NCBI RefSeq assembly: GCF_009914755.1
Contig: NC_060928.1
DNA length: 64,000 nt
Direction: 5' to 3' (one strand)
DNA from: the human T2T-CHM13v2.0 reference genome, Homo sapiens
In this document: positions 45,798 to 59,998 of the stretch, piece by piece
How positions within the stretch are numbered: the first letter of the stretch is position 1
How the letters are laid out: every line of letters begins with the position of its first letter
Program-made: the position numbers and the translations under genes
The notes under the pieces: generated by a model
Databases searched by the model: none
The model's input: only the letters and a program-made list of their open reading frames with translations
What the model was told of the DNA's origin: nothing

Positions 45798-48517
45798 TAG
45801 CCTTCCAACTGCCAGAAGCAAGGGGAGGGTGATACTCTCCTGAACATTCTTGTAGCCCAAGTTAGAAGACAAATGTAGCAAAATTCCCCCAGACCTTCAC
45901 ATTTTAGCTCTGGTTTAATTGCATTCTAGCCAACGTTAAACAAGATTCTTTAGGTTGTTTTAATTTTGCATTCAGAATAAATCTGCTATGGCTGAATATT
46001 TTCCCATGTTGGCTTTTTCACCGGTTGTATTTTATTCTCTTTTTAAATTTTTTTCTTTTATGATTTACAAATATTTCCCATATTCTTATTTTTTATAATA
46101 AGATTTTCTCTAACCTTTTAAAATCTATTTCATTTTTAAATATGTTCTCAGAACCATTAGTCTTGGTTCTCTTAAAGGGTCACTTGCTTGGATAGAGCTA
46201 AGATTCTGACTTCCAACCTCCCATAGTCATGCCTGTGGGTCACTTCAATATTGGAATCTTCCACAAATGATTTTTGGCAACCAAAGAGGGAATGAGCTGT
46301 GTCTAGTGGCAAGGGGATGCCAGCCCCGTGAAGTGTGGCAGGGTTGCCTTGCATTCCTCAGAGCTTGAAGCAAAGTTGAGAAAAAAAAAATGCTAACATT
46401 TAAAAGCTTGCCCCAAGGCCTCTGATAAGGAGCATGTTTCTGAGACTGAAGTGTTCCTGTCTTTCATATTTTATAACCTTGCCGTTGCAGCAGGAGAGCC
46501 ATGGAGAAAGAGAGATGGAATCACGGAGAATGGGAGATTGGCTTTGCCCTGAAGAGAAAATGCCCGCAGTGTGACTTGTTTTCCCATGTTTGCCAGTTCA
46601 GCTGAGAGTACAAAAGGAAGCCTACAACACATCGGACTACCTGGGCTTTCCTCCTAGTGTCAGAGGGGCTTGTAAGATAGGATCACCTTTGGGGGAATCT
46701 GGAGCTGTCTATAGGAACCTCATGATGTCTGCTAACTTAAAGTCGTGTTTAATTGATTATGAGGCTTTCAGCTAAGGAGCCTGAGCTCTCTGGAAAGTGT
46801 TCTGTCAATTCCTGCAAAAGCCTTGCATCAAGCAAACTATAAATCCCTAGCGGTAACATGGAAGCCAAAATAACATTAAAAATGTTCTTATTGCTATTGT
46901 TAGTGGTGGCCTTATTCTGTTCTAAGATTACATGGGCTCTTAGGAACTTCAGGAATTCCTGAGAATTATTTGTGGGAAAGCAAACATTTTTAAGCCTCAC
47001 TAACAAAGGAGAAACAATTTATCAGAGCCCTAGTTCAGGAGGGGACCATCTTTGTTCTACCCCAGCTTTAGCTGAAAAAATCATGTTTACTCTCAACTTA
47101 AATATTCTCAAAATGTCCAAGGGACCAGGGCTTTACTCTTTGATTCTAAATCATAACTTCTCCATAAAATCCTCACTTCCGGAGCTGATAGTCAAGTCCA
47201 AATCTTATTAAAGTCTTCATTCGGAATGCATATCCAAATCTCAACATACGATAACTTTTTAAAAATTCATCTCAGATTTTATGCCACCAAATATTAAATT
47301 TCAGGGTGCATAAGAATGACACAAAGCACATATTTAAAATGCATATTCCTGGCTTCAATTCAGAAATACCAACCCAGGTGGTGAATTTAATACAAATGGG
47401 CCAAGGCCATAATTTGAAAAACATGTCTTTAGACTTTTCTCAGTTAAATACAACCAAACAGAAATTGCTAAATGACATCCATCATGTCTTGTTATACAGC
47501 TTGCTGAGGAAGCATTCTTGAGTCTGCCTACCAGACAGAAAAAAAAAAAAAAAAAGGAATTATTTTATGGTTAGCAGTGTCCACTCTCTTTTATAAGGAA
47601 AAAAAAAGCCTCCTCCCAGACAAAATTCTATTTAGGTATCCTGGTCCAAACTTGTCCCATGGCCTCTCATAGCCACCACAGAGCCTGGGAAAGCTGGGAA
47701 CAAGGCTGTCATGATCAGTCCAAGTGATCATGACCCAACACCAGGGTTTAGTATGTTGCCAACCTCAACAGAATCAGGATCCTGTCTATAAAGAAGGTGA
47801 AATAAACACTAGGTAACTCCTAGTGTCTACCTGAAAAGGGAAGAAAGCAAATAAATGTTGAACACCTACTATTATACATGGAAAATTCTGGAACAGGTAC
47901 TTTCACTTTTTAAAAAAAATCTCATTTAACGTAACATTATAGATATTATATATATAGTGCCTATAAACAGAGCCCTTTGCTTTTGTCATATCTTCTCTGA
48001 TGATTTTCTAAAAAGATTGCCTTTAAAAGTTTCTATTTAATGTAATTTTAATCACTTAAAACTGAGTTTTCAAGTGTGTCTCTAAGCTGTATTATACTTT
48101 AGTTTTCTGTGTTGAGGTTCTTTGTTCTCTTTTGGTTGTTTCAGGCAGCAAGAGAAAATTTTTAGGCAAACTTTGGGCATAATATTTTTAATCCATTTGA
48201 GATATGAATAAAAGGAACCAAATCCCTTCCCTATTTTCCCAAAGACAAAAATATTTTTAAAACCCTAAGACCTCAAATATAGCTATTATGTAGTATATGG
48301 TGATTTCCCTGAGAGATTGGGACATTAAAATTTTTCTTTTGTTCTCAATTTTTAAAAGGAAACTAAATGCAAAAAAAATACTAATACAATGCACAAGACA
48401 CCAATTAAAACATGGAAGTCAGGAAGCACAAAGTTGAATGTTCTCATAGGAACCTCAGATCATGTACCCTGTTTCTATGCATGATCTGGGTGTTCCTGCT
48501 GATAAACCTGACATTCT

Positions 48518-48835
<318 letters not shown>

Positions 48836-48950
48836 TAACCTGACATTCTAGTCATGAACCCTTGTAAATCTGTAACTGCCCGGACAGTCATCATATGTTT
48901 AGAAGTGAAAAAAACTACTAGAATAATTGCTTATTAAATTTCATATTTAG

Positions 48951-49040
48951 TTTTATTCTCTGCATTGTATCTATAAACAATATAATTATCTGTATTTTTA
49001 TTCTCTGCACTGTATCTTAAAACAATATATTTATCTGTAT
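48951..49040 (+). repeat. 45-bp tandem duplication
   Basis: ttttattctctgca(t/c)tgtatct...aacaatata(a/t)ttatctgtat occurs twice. Confidence 0.85.
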
Positions 49041-49111
49041 TTACAGGTCTTTAGTTTCCATTATCAGAATTGGGTTGATGGATCGACACAGTGCTAAAAA
49101 ACTCTGATCTA

Positions 49112-49410
<299 letters not shown>

Positions 49411-49790
49411 AAAACTCTATTCAGTAAACAGATCAGTCCACAAGGCCCCAAACTGAGTCAGACTGAATGTCTGACACTTAACTGAATTGTTTAGACATTT
49501 TATAGTTGTAGACATCCAATCTCACTCCTAGAATAGGAGGCAACTGAACAAGCACCAAGCAGATTTCTTTGACTTTGAGGGGTTAAATCTGCTGGAGAGT
49601 TTTGGTCTCTTCCCTTTGTCATCTCCCCCTACCCTGCTTCTTCCCTCCAAGTCAGAGAAGGGAATAGAAAGGCACGATATACAAACTAAACATTATATGT
49701 AATGCTACGTTCCCCAAACCTGTCCCCTTTTATTAGGTGGAAACTCTGATATGCGGACCCCGTGATGTAGAATTAATTCTTGGTTTGGAG

Positions 49791-49998
49791 CAGGGGTTGG
49801 CGAGCTTTTTCCTTAAAGGGTTAAATAGTAAATATTTTCAGCTTTTCAGGCTGTAAGATCTGTCTTGAACTCCTCACCTCTTCTGTTGGATCACAAAAGA
49901 AACCACAGATAATACATAAACAAATGGGCATAGCTATGTTGCAGTAAAACTTTATTTACAGAACCAGGCAGTGAGCCAGGTCATTTGCCGACTGCTGG
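49791..49998 (+). mobile_element. MER58A hAT-Charlie MITE
   Basis: TIRs caggggttggcgagct / tttgccgactgctg; internal aatagtaaatatttt and taaaactttatttaca. Confidence 0.82.
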
Positions 49999-50585
49999 TC
50001 TACAGAATTCTAGCTAGTTTGTTTTTCCTCATTGTATTAAGGATACATTCTATTTTATAGTTCAGTAATTCAACCCTATTTTTAAAAAATATACACTGTT
50101 GCCTGATTCCAGTTTATTTCTTGACACTACTATTCTAATTAATCTATCAGGCATTCTTCTAATTGGAAAGCTTCTAGCTCCAATTTCAGATTCCTTTAAT
50201 TTTCTTTACCTTTATCACAACCCAAATTTCCCCAGCCTTCATCTGCTGATGAGTACAATCACAGCTGAGTTAGAACACATTAGCCTTAATACTTGTTTTA
50301 ATTAGTGTAAGGTATCAGAATATGGCATCCCAAAATATGTCACTTTGGCATAAAAATTATTTTGAGTTGGAGGCATATGAGAATCAACAGATATATAAAG
50401 AAGTATTCCTGGAGCTTTCCACATCCAACTAAACGCAGACAATTCTGAGAAGGGAGAACTGCCATGAATGTCCTCTCCTTGATGGCCATGAAGGAGATGG
50501 AAAGTCTGCACCAAAGTGGACCTGAACAAACAAACCTTACTCCATTCATTTCTCCCACATATTCACCCTCTCTCTATTTGCCACT

Positions 50586-50979
50586 TGTCTTAGTCCATTT
50601 TGTGCTGCTGTAACAGAATACCTGAGGGTAGGTAATTTATAAAGAACAGAGATCTGTTTCTTATGGTTCTAGAGGCTAGAAAGTCCAAGATTGAAAGGCT
50701 GACACCTGGAGAGGGTCTTCTTGTGGCATTATCCCATGGCAGAAGGTAGAAGTGCAAGTGGGCACTCTCGTGAGAAAGAGAAGGGGGCTGAACTCAATCT
50801 TTTATCAGGTACCTACTTCAAAGATAATAACCCACTCCTGCATTAACAGCATTAATCCATTTCTGAGAGCAGAGCCCTCATGTCCTAATCACCTATTAAG
50901 ATGCTACCTCTAAACACTGTTGCCTTGGGGATTAAGTTTCCAACACATGAACTTTGGGAGGCGAATTCAAACCACAGCA
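50586..50979 (-). mobile_element. MST-type MaLR solo LTR
   Basis: tgtcttagtccattttgtgctgctgtaacagaatacctgag...caaaccacagca; TSD ccact/ccacc. Confidence 0.85.
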
Positions 50980-51070
50980 CCACCTTTGAAAGCCTGAAAC
51001 CCTTTTTCTTTGTTTTGTTTCTTTACCAATGTTTTTTTGTTCGTTTGTTTGTTTTCATTAAAATGCTATT

Positions 51071-51346
<276 letters not shown>

Positions 51347-52930
51347 CTATCTAAGCCAAATTCTAGCCTTTCTTTCATTTCAACTACTCATCAAGAGGTT
51401 TCTGCCTTGCTGTGCACTGCATCCATTAATAAACTGTTTTTCTCTTGTTAACCTTTTTTTAGTCTAATTTACAGGGCCCTAGCCAGAGAACATTAGTAGA
51501 TGGAGCATATTTTTTGTCCCCTACAAAAGCTATTGCTGTATAACAAAACAACCCAAAACTCAGTGTCTTAAGACAACTACTTAATATCTTTTGTGAGTCA
51601 TTGGGTCTGACGGTTAAGTCTCTCCTCACTTTTTCATCATAACTTTCTCATCAGTTCTTGGTATTTATTATTCCAAATGAACTAATAAAACTATTTTCTC
51701 TAATTCCCAAAATAAATCATTGAGGTTTTAATTGCAATTTCCCCAAACATTTATTTATTTTAGAAAGATTGATGTTTTTATATTGTCTTTTCACCTAAAA
51801 CCATGGTATACCCTTCCATTTTTTCAGACCTTGTTTTCTGTCTTTTCCTAAAATTTTACAGTTGTATTCAAGCAGGCCCTGGTTTTTTTTCTTAAGTTTG
51901 TTCATATGCATTTTACAAGTTTTATGGCCATCACTGGGGCATTTTCATTTGTAGTCAATTATTATTAATAGAGAATTTTGATTTTTGCACATTTATCTTA
52001 TGCCTAACCTCTTTACTAAAGTCAAATTAAAGTTTTAAATTTCCCTTTCTACAAAATTATATTGTACTTTTCATTTTTCTTTCAATTCTCAATTTAGAAC
52101 TCTTGTTTTTTCCTACTCCTTTCTTACTATTTCTTACTATGTGCCCAGTGTTGTTACAAGCATTAAATAAAACAGTATATGCAAAGCACTTTGCACAATG
52201 GCTGGCAAAAAGAGCAGTAAGCACTCAGTAAATGTTAACCATTATTAAGAATTTGCTGTTTATTCAAGATGAATTTAAACTTTATGCTATACTTTGGTCA
52301 TCATCCTAGTCATAGCCATGAGATCTTTTGTCTACATGAAGCGGGAAAAAAATATATGTGTGGAAAACTCTGGGAAACAGTATACAATTTTGTATTTCAT
52401 ATTCCCATATTCCCAATACCTGTTAATATCCAGACTATACAAATAATGAGCTAACACATGAAGCACCATTTATAGTTAGTTCAATTCTAAAGATTAAATG
52501 TATGTAAGATTTTATGCTTTGATGAGAAGTATCAAATTGAAGTTTTATATGAAAATTGTAATGCTTATAAAATGCAGCTTTAATATAACCAATGAACACA
52601 ATTAAAGCAGACCTTCTTAATTAAATATAATGTTGAGAATAATCTATGTTTCTAATTCTGATATTCCACTACCTGTATTGAAAGACACTTGATTCTGCTT
52701 TTCCAAAGTGCTATCATTTTTTTCAATTTTTTTCTATTACACTTGAATTTGTCTATGCTTGTTTTAGACAAATGTTTCCATTTTTCTGCTTTTTCCCCCT
52801 GTAAAAATATACTTTTAAAAAAAAAACTAAGAAACACTAGAGAAGTTGGACACAAGGAAAAAGAAGTGCAGCTGAACCAAGAATACTGTGTTTTGACTGC
52901 CTTTGGATTTGTATCTACCATGTATCTCTA

Positions 52931-53268
52931 CAGTCACATGCAGCATAAGGATGTTTCAGTAAACAACAGACTATATTCCTAGACCGACTACATACCTACA
53001 GAGGGTAGTCCCATAAGACTGTAATGCTGTATTTTTACTGTACCATTTCTATGTTTACATACACAAATACTTACCATTGTACTACAACTGCCTATAGTAT
53101 TCAGTACAGTAACATGCTGTTCAGTTTTGTAGCCTAGGAGCAACAGGCTATACCATATAGCCTAGGTGTGTAGTAGGCTGTACCATCTAGGATTAAGTCA
53201 ACTCTATGATGTTTGCACAATGACAAAATCACCTAAGGACACATTTCTCAGAATGTATCCCTGTCATT
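52931..53268. mobile_element. Tigger3a/MER7-type element
   Basis: ta|cagtcacatgcagcataaggatgtttcagt start, gtagcctaggagcaacaggctatacc, catttctcagaatgtatccc; right TIR lost. Confidence 0.8.
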
Positions 53269-55400
53269 ATATTTAGTCACTTGGCTCAGTGAGCTAGAGA
53301 GTGGTACCATGAAGCAAAGATTCCAAGGTCTAGTCTTGTCAATTTTGATATCACTGTATTTCTTGGCCCAAAGACTGTATTTTAAAAGTAAGTAATTATT
53401 AATAAAAGCAGCAGTTCTTTAATGCAGCATTTAATTCCTGACTATAACTTTTGCTTCACAAACAAGGAAACTGAGGCCTAATAAAGCTGAAAGTCAAAAA
53501 CCAAGGAGGAATTAGTGGTTTGACTTCAGAATCTGAATTCTTAATCACAAAACTATATTCTCTTAAACTTTTGTCTTCTGTTTCGCCAAAACATTTTCTC
53601 CTAAGTAACTAAACTTTTAACTGATTTCTTACTCAAAATTCTTTAATGCTATGAGTAGCCCATTAGAAATTGCTTACAACATATCAAAAGTAAAATTCCT
53701 ATATATGTGCCTGTATGGAACATATACATGTGGCCCTGGATCACACAAAATAGCACTGGCCATATGCTCAGATTGAAAAATCACTTAAAGCAGGCTTCAG
53801 GGCAGCCAGATGCTGATTCCAGAAATGTATCAGACATAGCTCAGTCTTCCCTTTGAATTACTCTAACTTGGCTATTTTTTCTTGGAGAAGTGATTATGCA
53901 GCAAGGTCCCAGTAAGTTTGCTTTTAACATACAATTACTTTCCTCTTGGGAGGACAAGAGCAGTTATCTTCTTGGGGAGAACACATGATTCTCAGACTGG
54001 ATAAGCCAAGGTGAAGGGAAGCAGAGAAGACATTGGTCTTCTTATTTCAGTATAGATGTTTTCCCCTTCTTAATAAAGACCATTATAGATGCCCAGTGCT
54101 GGTACAGGTCCGGGAGATAAAAGTTCATGATGAAACTTTCCATGCTTCTTATTTCAGTTCCTTAAATCTAGGCCCTAAAGTCTGGTGCCATTTCCCTTGG
54201 GAATCATGGGGAGCAGAAAGTGGGGATAAGGCTTCAGTCTTACCGTGCCTCTGCTCAGTTGTAGTCCTCAAATGCATATCATTAAGGGAGGCCAGATTTT
54301 AGCTCAGTCTAGAAAAAGACTGACTGAGAGTTAGGTGGGCAGGGTATTTTTTGCACAACTTATATATAATTATATTCAATATAATTCCACAGTCTTATTC
54401 CACAAGACTGTGTGGAATAGAAAATGCGATCCTGCAGAAATACAACCAAAAAGGCTTGCAGGCCTTCTAAGAAATACACTCCACACATAAAAGAAGCCCA
54501 GTGGGCAAATACCTCCTTACTTTGCAAGCCAACCCACTCCTGGATGTATATGTGCTGATAAGGATATATCATATGTGGGAAGCATGACTTCGGAATTTTC
54601 CCTGATAAAGAATTTGAATGCTGACTTCCAAGAGAAAGACATAATTGTTCCCCTCTTGGACGGAAATGGAACTCAAATATGTGGTCTTGGTTATCATAGT
54701 GAAATAGAGAAGTGACAGATTTCAAACACTGTATTTCTGCCAAGATGATTGCACTTTTCCTTCTTCCTTTAAAAAAATGTATTTTTTCATTCACTTTTCC
54801 AGCTAATGGATAGATAAAAATGGCACTAGATTTCCAAGACCACTTGACAGGAGAGGTTTGATATGAGGGTTGAATGTTTTAAACATTGGTTTGAGCTCAT
54901 TTTTATGAACTGGGAAGAGGAAAAATGAAATTTCTGCATATATTAGATTTGTAAAGACTCAAATACCAACCTGTGAACTGGTGGAAATCATTGGTTGCTT
55001 TTATTTTCTTTTCTGTCTGGAACATACAAGTGGGTGACTTACCCCACGGACACAGGAGTCTGGAGTCATGTTCTCACCATGTCCCCCTCTGGTGAGCTGG
55101 AGGCAGGAGGTCACAGAGGGGACTAGACTAACGACAATGGCCTGATAGAACACATGGTTACTTTCTAGACCATATTTCACCCCAGTGCTGTTAATTTCTC
55201 ATCTTCTCATTCTCACCTTAATAAGTATATTGGTGTAGTCTTGAAAGGATGCTGTTTCTTGACTGCCAAGTATTTTTTAAAATGTCTATTCCCCCACTGT
55301 ATGTTTAGCTTTTAAAATACACTGTTGACAGTAAAAATCATCTAGAGATTTGGCAGTATCAAGAATTTTATGAAAAATACACTTTTTTTCACGTGCCACC

Positions 55401-55890
55401 TGTCATGGTCAGGGTTCTTGGTAGCAAATGATAGAAACTTACTCCAGATAATTTAGGAGTCTCTGTGGTACCCTTCAGTCTTTGTAGAGAATTTATGGGA
55501 AGGCTACTGGGTATTTTACAGAATTGATGAAAAATGCAAAAGAATGAGGTTTAGAAAGTGGTTCAAGAATGAAAGTAAGTTGGTAGTAGAGGACCCAGCC
55601 AAGGTTATGTCCCTGGAATATTCTAGATAGGACAGCACTTCTACACGAGACCCCACCTCCATGGGTGCCATCTCCACTAGACAATTGCTGCCTCCAGAAT
55701 CCCAGCTCTGTCCTTGCCACCACGAACTCACAATGCATTGTCTCTAGAACTTTGCATCTGTTTCTACACGTTCAACTCTGGTGGGAGTTTTTGAATTAGT
55801 GGAGTTAAGGCGTGATGTCACACTCTGTTTGTGGTTGGAGGAGTATCTGTGGTACCCTTCAGTCTTTGTAGACTTAAATAAAGGAGTTAT
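55401..55890 (-). mobile_element. Old MLT1 (J-M group) LTR, antisense
   Basis: gtcagggttcttggtagcaaatgatagaaac...gaatttatgggaagg. Confidence 0.55.
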
Positions 55891-57024
55891 TCCTCAATAG
55901 TGAGATCTAAATAATGTGGAGCAAAAAATATGTGTGTATATGCTTATCAACTACTACCTCTAATTTTTCCCCAACACATCCATATGCCACTCTGTACCAC
56001 TCCCTAATGAATATTTTTATTCACAATCCACTTACCCATATTCTCCATTTATTCTGTTTATCAATTTTCTCACTAATGATTCCACGATCCACTTTTTTTG
56101 CATTTTTCCTTCTATTTCTTTTCCTAGTGGTATTTTGTTTCCATTTGCCTGAATGCCAGTACAAAACTTCCATGTATAATCTGCTATCCCTTTATAAATG
56201 ATGAATCTTCAAGGCCAGATCACAAAAGATTATTTCATCATAGAAAGTATGATCATAAAAAGCTGATCTCAGCCAGAATTCTATACCCAGTTCCTGCATC
56301 TTTACTTGAAGATCCTATTTGATATTCTACAAATGCAAATATTCTACAAGAGCCAACTTGATAGGCTGCCCCATCCTCCACACCCCCAAGAACAGACTAA
56401 CTGGAATCCTCCTATCTCCATCTACCTTGTCTCCATTACCAGTGCTACCATCCATCCATTTGTCTCATCCAAATCAGGAATTTGAAGGTCCGTGCAAGTT
56501 CTCCTTTCTTCTCCACCTCTACATCCAGAGAATCAAACAACTCTGTCAGTTCTACCACATAAATATTTCTTGATTCTGCCCTGTTCTCTCATCTGTCCCT
56601 ATTGCCATTGGACTAAGTCAGGCTCTCATTTTATCTTAAGTGAAGGGCCCTGGTTATTCCCTCTGCCTCATTTCTCACTGCTTCCCACACTTGGCATTTT
56701 TCACCCAAACTGTATCCAAGGCACTTACAGTCTCTGAAATATGTCCAACTATTTTATGTATTTCTGTTTGCTAGGAGTATGTTTTCCCACCTTTTCTACT
56801 CAGAAAACAAGTGCTCATGATATAAAACTGAACTCAGAGTTCACCTCTGCTGTGAAGCATTTCTTACCTCCTCTCACCTCCTATCTCTACTGCCATCCCC
56901 TATATCTAGTTTATTCCTTCCTCTGTTCCATCACTATTCAATCATACAGTATTCTATCTACTATTACCCCTTTTAACACTGAACTACAATTGCTGGTGTG
57001 TATGATTACAAGCTCCTTGAGAAA

Positions 57025-59268
57025 TGATATGGTTTTGGCTCTGTGCCCCCACCCAAATCTCATCTTGAATTGTACTTCCATAATTCCCATATGTTGTGGG
57101 AGGGACCCAGTGGGAAATAATTTGAATCATGGGGGCAGTTTCCCCTGTACTATTCTCATGGTAGTGAATAAGTCTCATGAGGTCTAGTGGTTTTATCAGG
57201 GGTTTCTGTTTTTGCATCTTCCTCATTTTCTCTTACTGCCACCATGTAAGAAGTGCCTTTTGCCTCCCACTGTAATTCTGAGGCCTCCCCAGCCATGTGG
57301 AACTGTAAGTCCAATTAAACCTTTTTCTTCCCAGTCTTGGGTATATCTTTATCAGCCGCATGAAAACAGACTAATACAGTAAATTGGTACCGAGAGTGGG
57401 TGTTGCGGAAAAGATATCCAAAAATTAGGATGCGACTTTGGAACTGGGTAACAGGCAGAGGTTGAACAGTTTGGATGGCTCAGAAGAAGACATCAAAATG
57501 TGGGAAAGTTTAGAACCTCTTAGAGACTTGTTGATTGGCTTTGACAAAAATGCTGATACTGATAAGGTCCAGGCTAAGGTGGTCTCAGATAGAGACGAGG
57601 AACTTGTTGGGAACTGGAGCAAAGGTGACTCTTGTTATGTTTTAGCAAAGAGACTAGTGACATTTTGCCCCTACTCTAGAGATCTGTGGAACTTTGAACT
57701 TGAGAGAGATGATTTAGGGTATCTGAAGGAAGAAATTTCTAAGCAGCAAAGCATTCAAGAGATGACTTGGGTGCTAAGAGCATTTCATTTTAAAAGGAAA
57801 ACAGAGCATAAAAGGAAAATTTGCAGCCTGATGATGCAGTAGAAAAGAAAAACGCATTTTTTGAGGACAAATGCAAGCTGGCTGCAGAAATTTGCGTAAG
57901 TAACGAGGAGCTGAATGTTCATCCCCAAGACAATGGGGAAAATAACTCCAGCCATGTCAGAAACCTTCATGGCAGGACCTCCCATCACAGGCCTGGAGGC
58001 CCCGGAGGAAGTGGTTTTGTGGCCCGGGCATAGGGTCCCTATGCTATGTGCTGCCTAGGGACTTGGTGTCTTGTGTCCCAGCCACTCCAGCCATTGCTAA
58101 AAGGGGCCAAGGTACAGCTCAGCCCATGGTTTCAGAGGATGCAAGCCCCAAACCTTGGCAGCCTCCACATGGTGTTGAGCCTGTGGGTGCACAGTAGTCA
58201 AGAATCAAGGTTTGGGAACCTCCACCTAGATTTCAGAAGATGTATGGAAACGCCTGGATGGCCAGGCAAAAGTTTGCTGCAGAAGTGGGGTCCTCATGGA
58301 GAACCTCTGCTAGGGCAGTGTGGAAGCAAAATGTGGGGTGGCAGCCCCCCAACCGAGTCCCTACTGGGGCACTGCCTAGTGGAGCTGTGAGTAGAGGGCC
58401 ACTGTCCTCCAGACCCCAGAATGGTAGATCCACCGCCAGCCTGCACTGTGCACCTGGAAAACCCACACTCTTAATGCCAGCCAGTGAAAGAAGCCAGGTG
58501 GGGGCTATACCTTGCAAAGTCACAGGGGCAGATCTGCCCAAGATTATGGGAAACTACTTCTTGCATCAGCGTGACCTGGAGTCAAAGAAGATAATTTTGG
58601 AGCTTTAAAATTTGACTGCCCCACTGGATTTCGGACTTGCATGGGCCCTGTAACCCCTTTGTTTTGGCCAATTTCTCCCATTTGGGATGGCTGTATTTAC
58701 CCAATACCTGTACCCCCATTGTATCTGGGAATAACTAGCTTGTTTTTGATTTTACAGGCTCATAGGTGAAAGGAACTTGCCTTGTCTCAGATGAGACTTT
58801 GGACTGTGGACTTTTGGGTTAATGTTGAAATGAGTTAAGTCTTAGGGGACTGTTGAAAAGGCATGATTGGTTTTGAAATGTGAGGACATGAGATTTGGAG
58901 GGGCCGGGGCAGAATGATATGGTTTGGCTCTGTGTCCCCACCCAAATCTCATCTTGAATTGTACCCATAATTCCCACGTGTCGTGGGAGGGACCTGGTGG
59001 GAGACAATTTAAATCATGGGGGCAGTTTCCCCCATACTGTTCTCATGGTAGTGAATAAGTCTCATGAGATCTGACGGTTTTATCAGGGGTTTCCACTTTT
59101 GCATGTTCCTCATTTTCTCTTGCTGCCAACCATGTAAGAAGTGCCTTTCACCTCCCACCATGATTCTGGGGCTTCCCCAGCCATGTGGAACTTTAAGTCC
59201 AATTAAACCTGTTTTCCTTCCCAGTCTCAAGTATGTCTTTATCAGCAGCGTGAAAACGGACCAATACA
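57025..59268 (+). mobile_element. Complete THE1A MaLR element (LTR 57025-57378, internal, LTR 58915-59268)
   Basis: Two ~354-bp LTRs with TG...CA, internal ORF remnants (57438-57842, 58240-58608), purine-rich PPT, perfect TSD AGAAA (57020-57024, 59269-59273). Confidence 0.95.
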
Positions 59269-59349
59269 AGAAATGCATCCCTATTCCCCACTTCCAAATA
59301 CAGAGAACAGAATGACAACTTTGGTACTTACTCACAACTCATGGTCACC

Positions 59350-59670
59350 AATATTCCCAGTCTACTTGCCTTCCTATACCCACAGAAGTCTGCATTTCCT
59401 AACCCTCCTTACATTTGAGTGGGGCCGTGTGACCTGTTTTGCCCAATGAACCAGCAGGTGATGTGTGTTACTTCTGATTCAAAACACTGAAGAGTTGGTG
59501 TGTAATTTGTATGCTCTTTCCCTCTAAAACCTCTTTTTGACATAGGAACATAAGGTGGGAGAACTTCACCCTGAATGACTAAGGTGAACAGAATGTCAAC
59601 CTGTATGGATCAAATGGCACAAATTTAGAGATGTGTTTCTACAGCATAAGCTAGTTTTTCCTAACTAAAG
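59350..59670 (+). mobile_element. Old MLT1-type LTR
   Basis: catttcctaaccctcctt...ggggccgtgtgacctgttttgcccaatga and terminal gtttctacagcataagctag. Confidence 0.5.
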
Positions 59671-59944
59671 CAGTATGTACCCATCTATGTTCCAAATCCT
59701 TGGAAATTGTTATACAGGTGTTTTAAGAATATTAGAGAAATATTCAAAGAAACTTTTTTTTGGATGGACTAAGAATGCCTTATTATTTTCCCACATAAAA
59801 TAATGGAACACAGTCTCCTGCTATCAAAAATTTCACTGTAATACAGTATTAGAAACTAAGTATTGGATTCCAGTAATAAAAGATGCCTGCGTTTTCCCTC
59901 TTCCATCAGAAACTTTTTCACAAGGAGGAAAGGGTATACGGAAA

Positions 59945-59998
59945 CAAAGCAATATAAAATAGATCACATAAATAAGAAGCCAAAAAATTAATTTTATT
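59945..59998 (-). terminator. PAPSS1: Distal polyadenylation signal AATAAA plus downstream U/GU-rich element
   Basis: tttatt at 59993-59998 is AATAAA on the minus strand. It is followed about 20 nt later by ATTTATGTGATCTATTTTATATTGCTTTGTTT. Confidence 0.8.

Noticed and set aside
47708-47734. 10-bp-stem hairpin gtcatgatca...tgatcatgac
   Set aside because: Lies in an old MLT1-like relic and is too short for a pre-miRNA.
55080-55097. CTCF-like motif (minus strand CACCAGAGGGGGAC)
   Set aside because: Mismatch at a core position; not supportable from sequence alone.
57117-57130. DUX4-like site in the THE1 LTR
   Set aside because: TAATTTGAATCA has an extra base relative to the canonical spacing, and the 3' LTR copy is further mutated.
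57438-58608. ORFs of 114-134 aa
   Set aside because: Fragments of the THE1 internal ORF.
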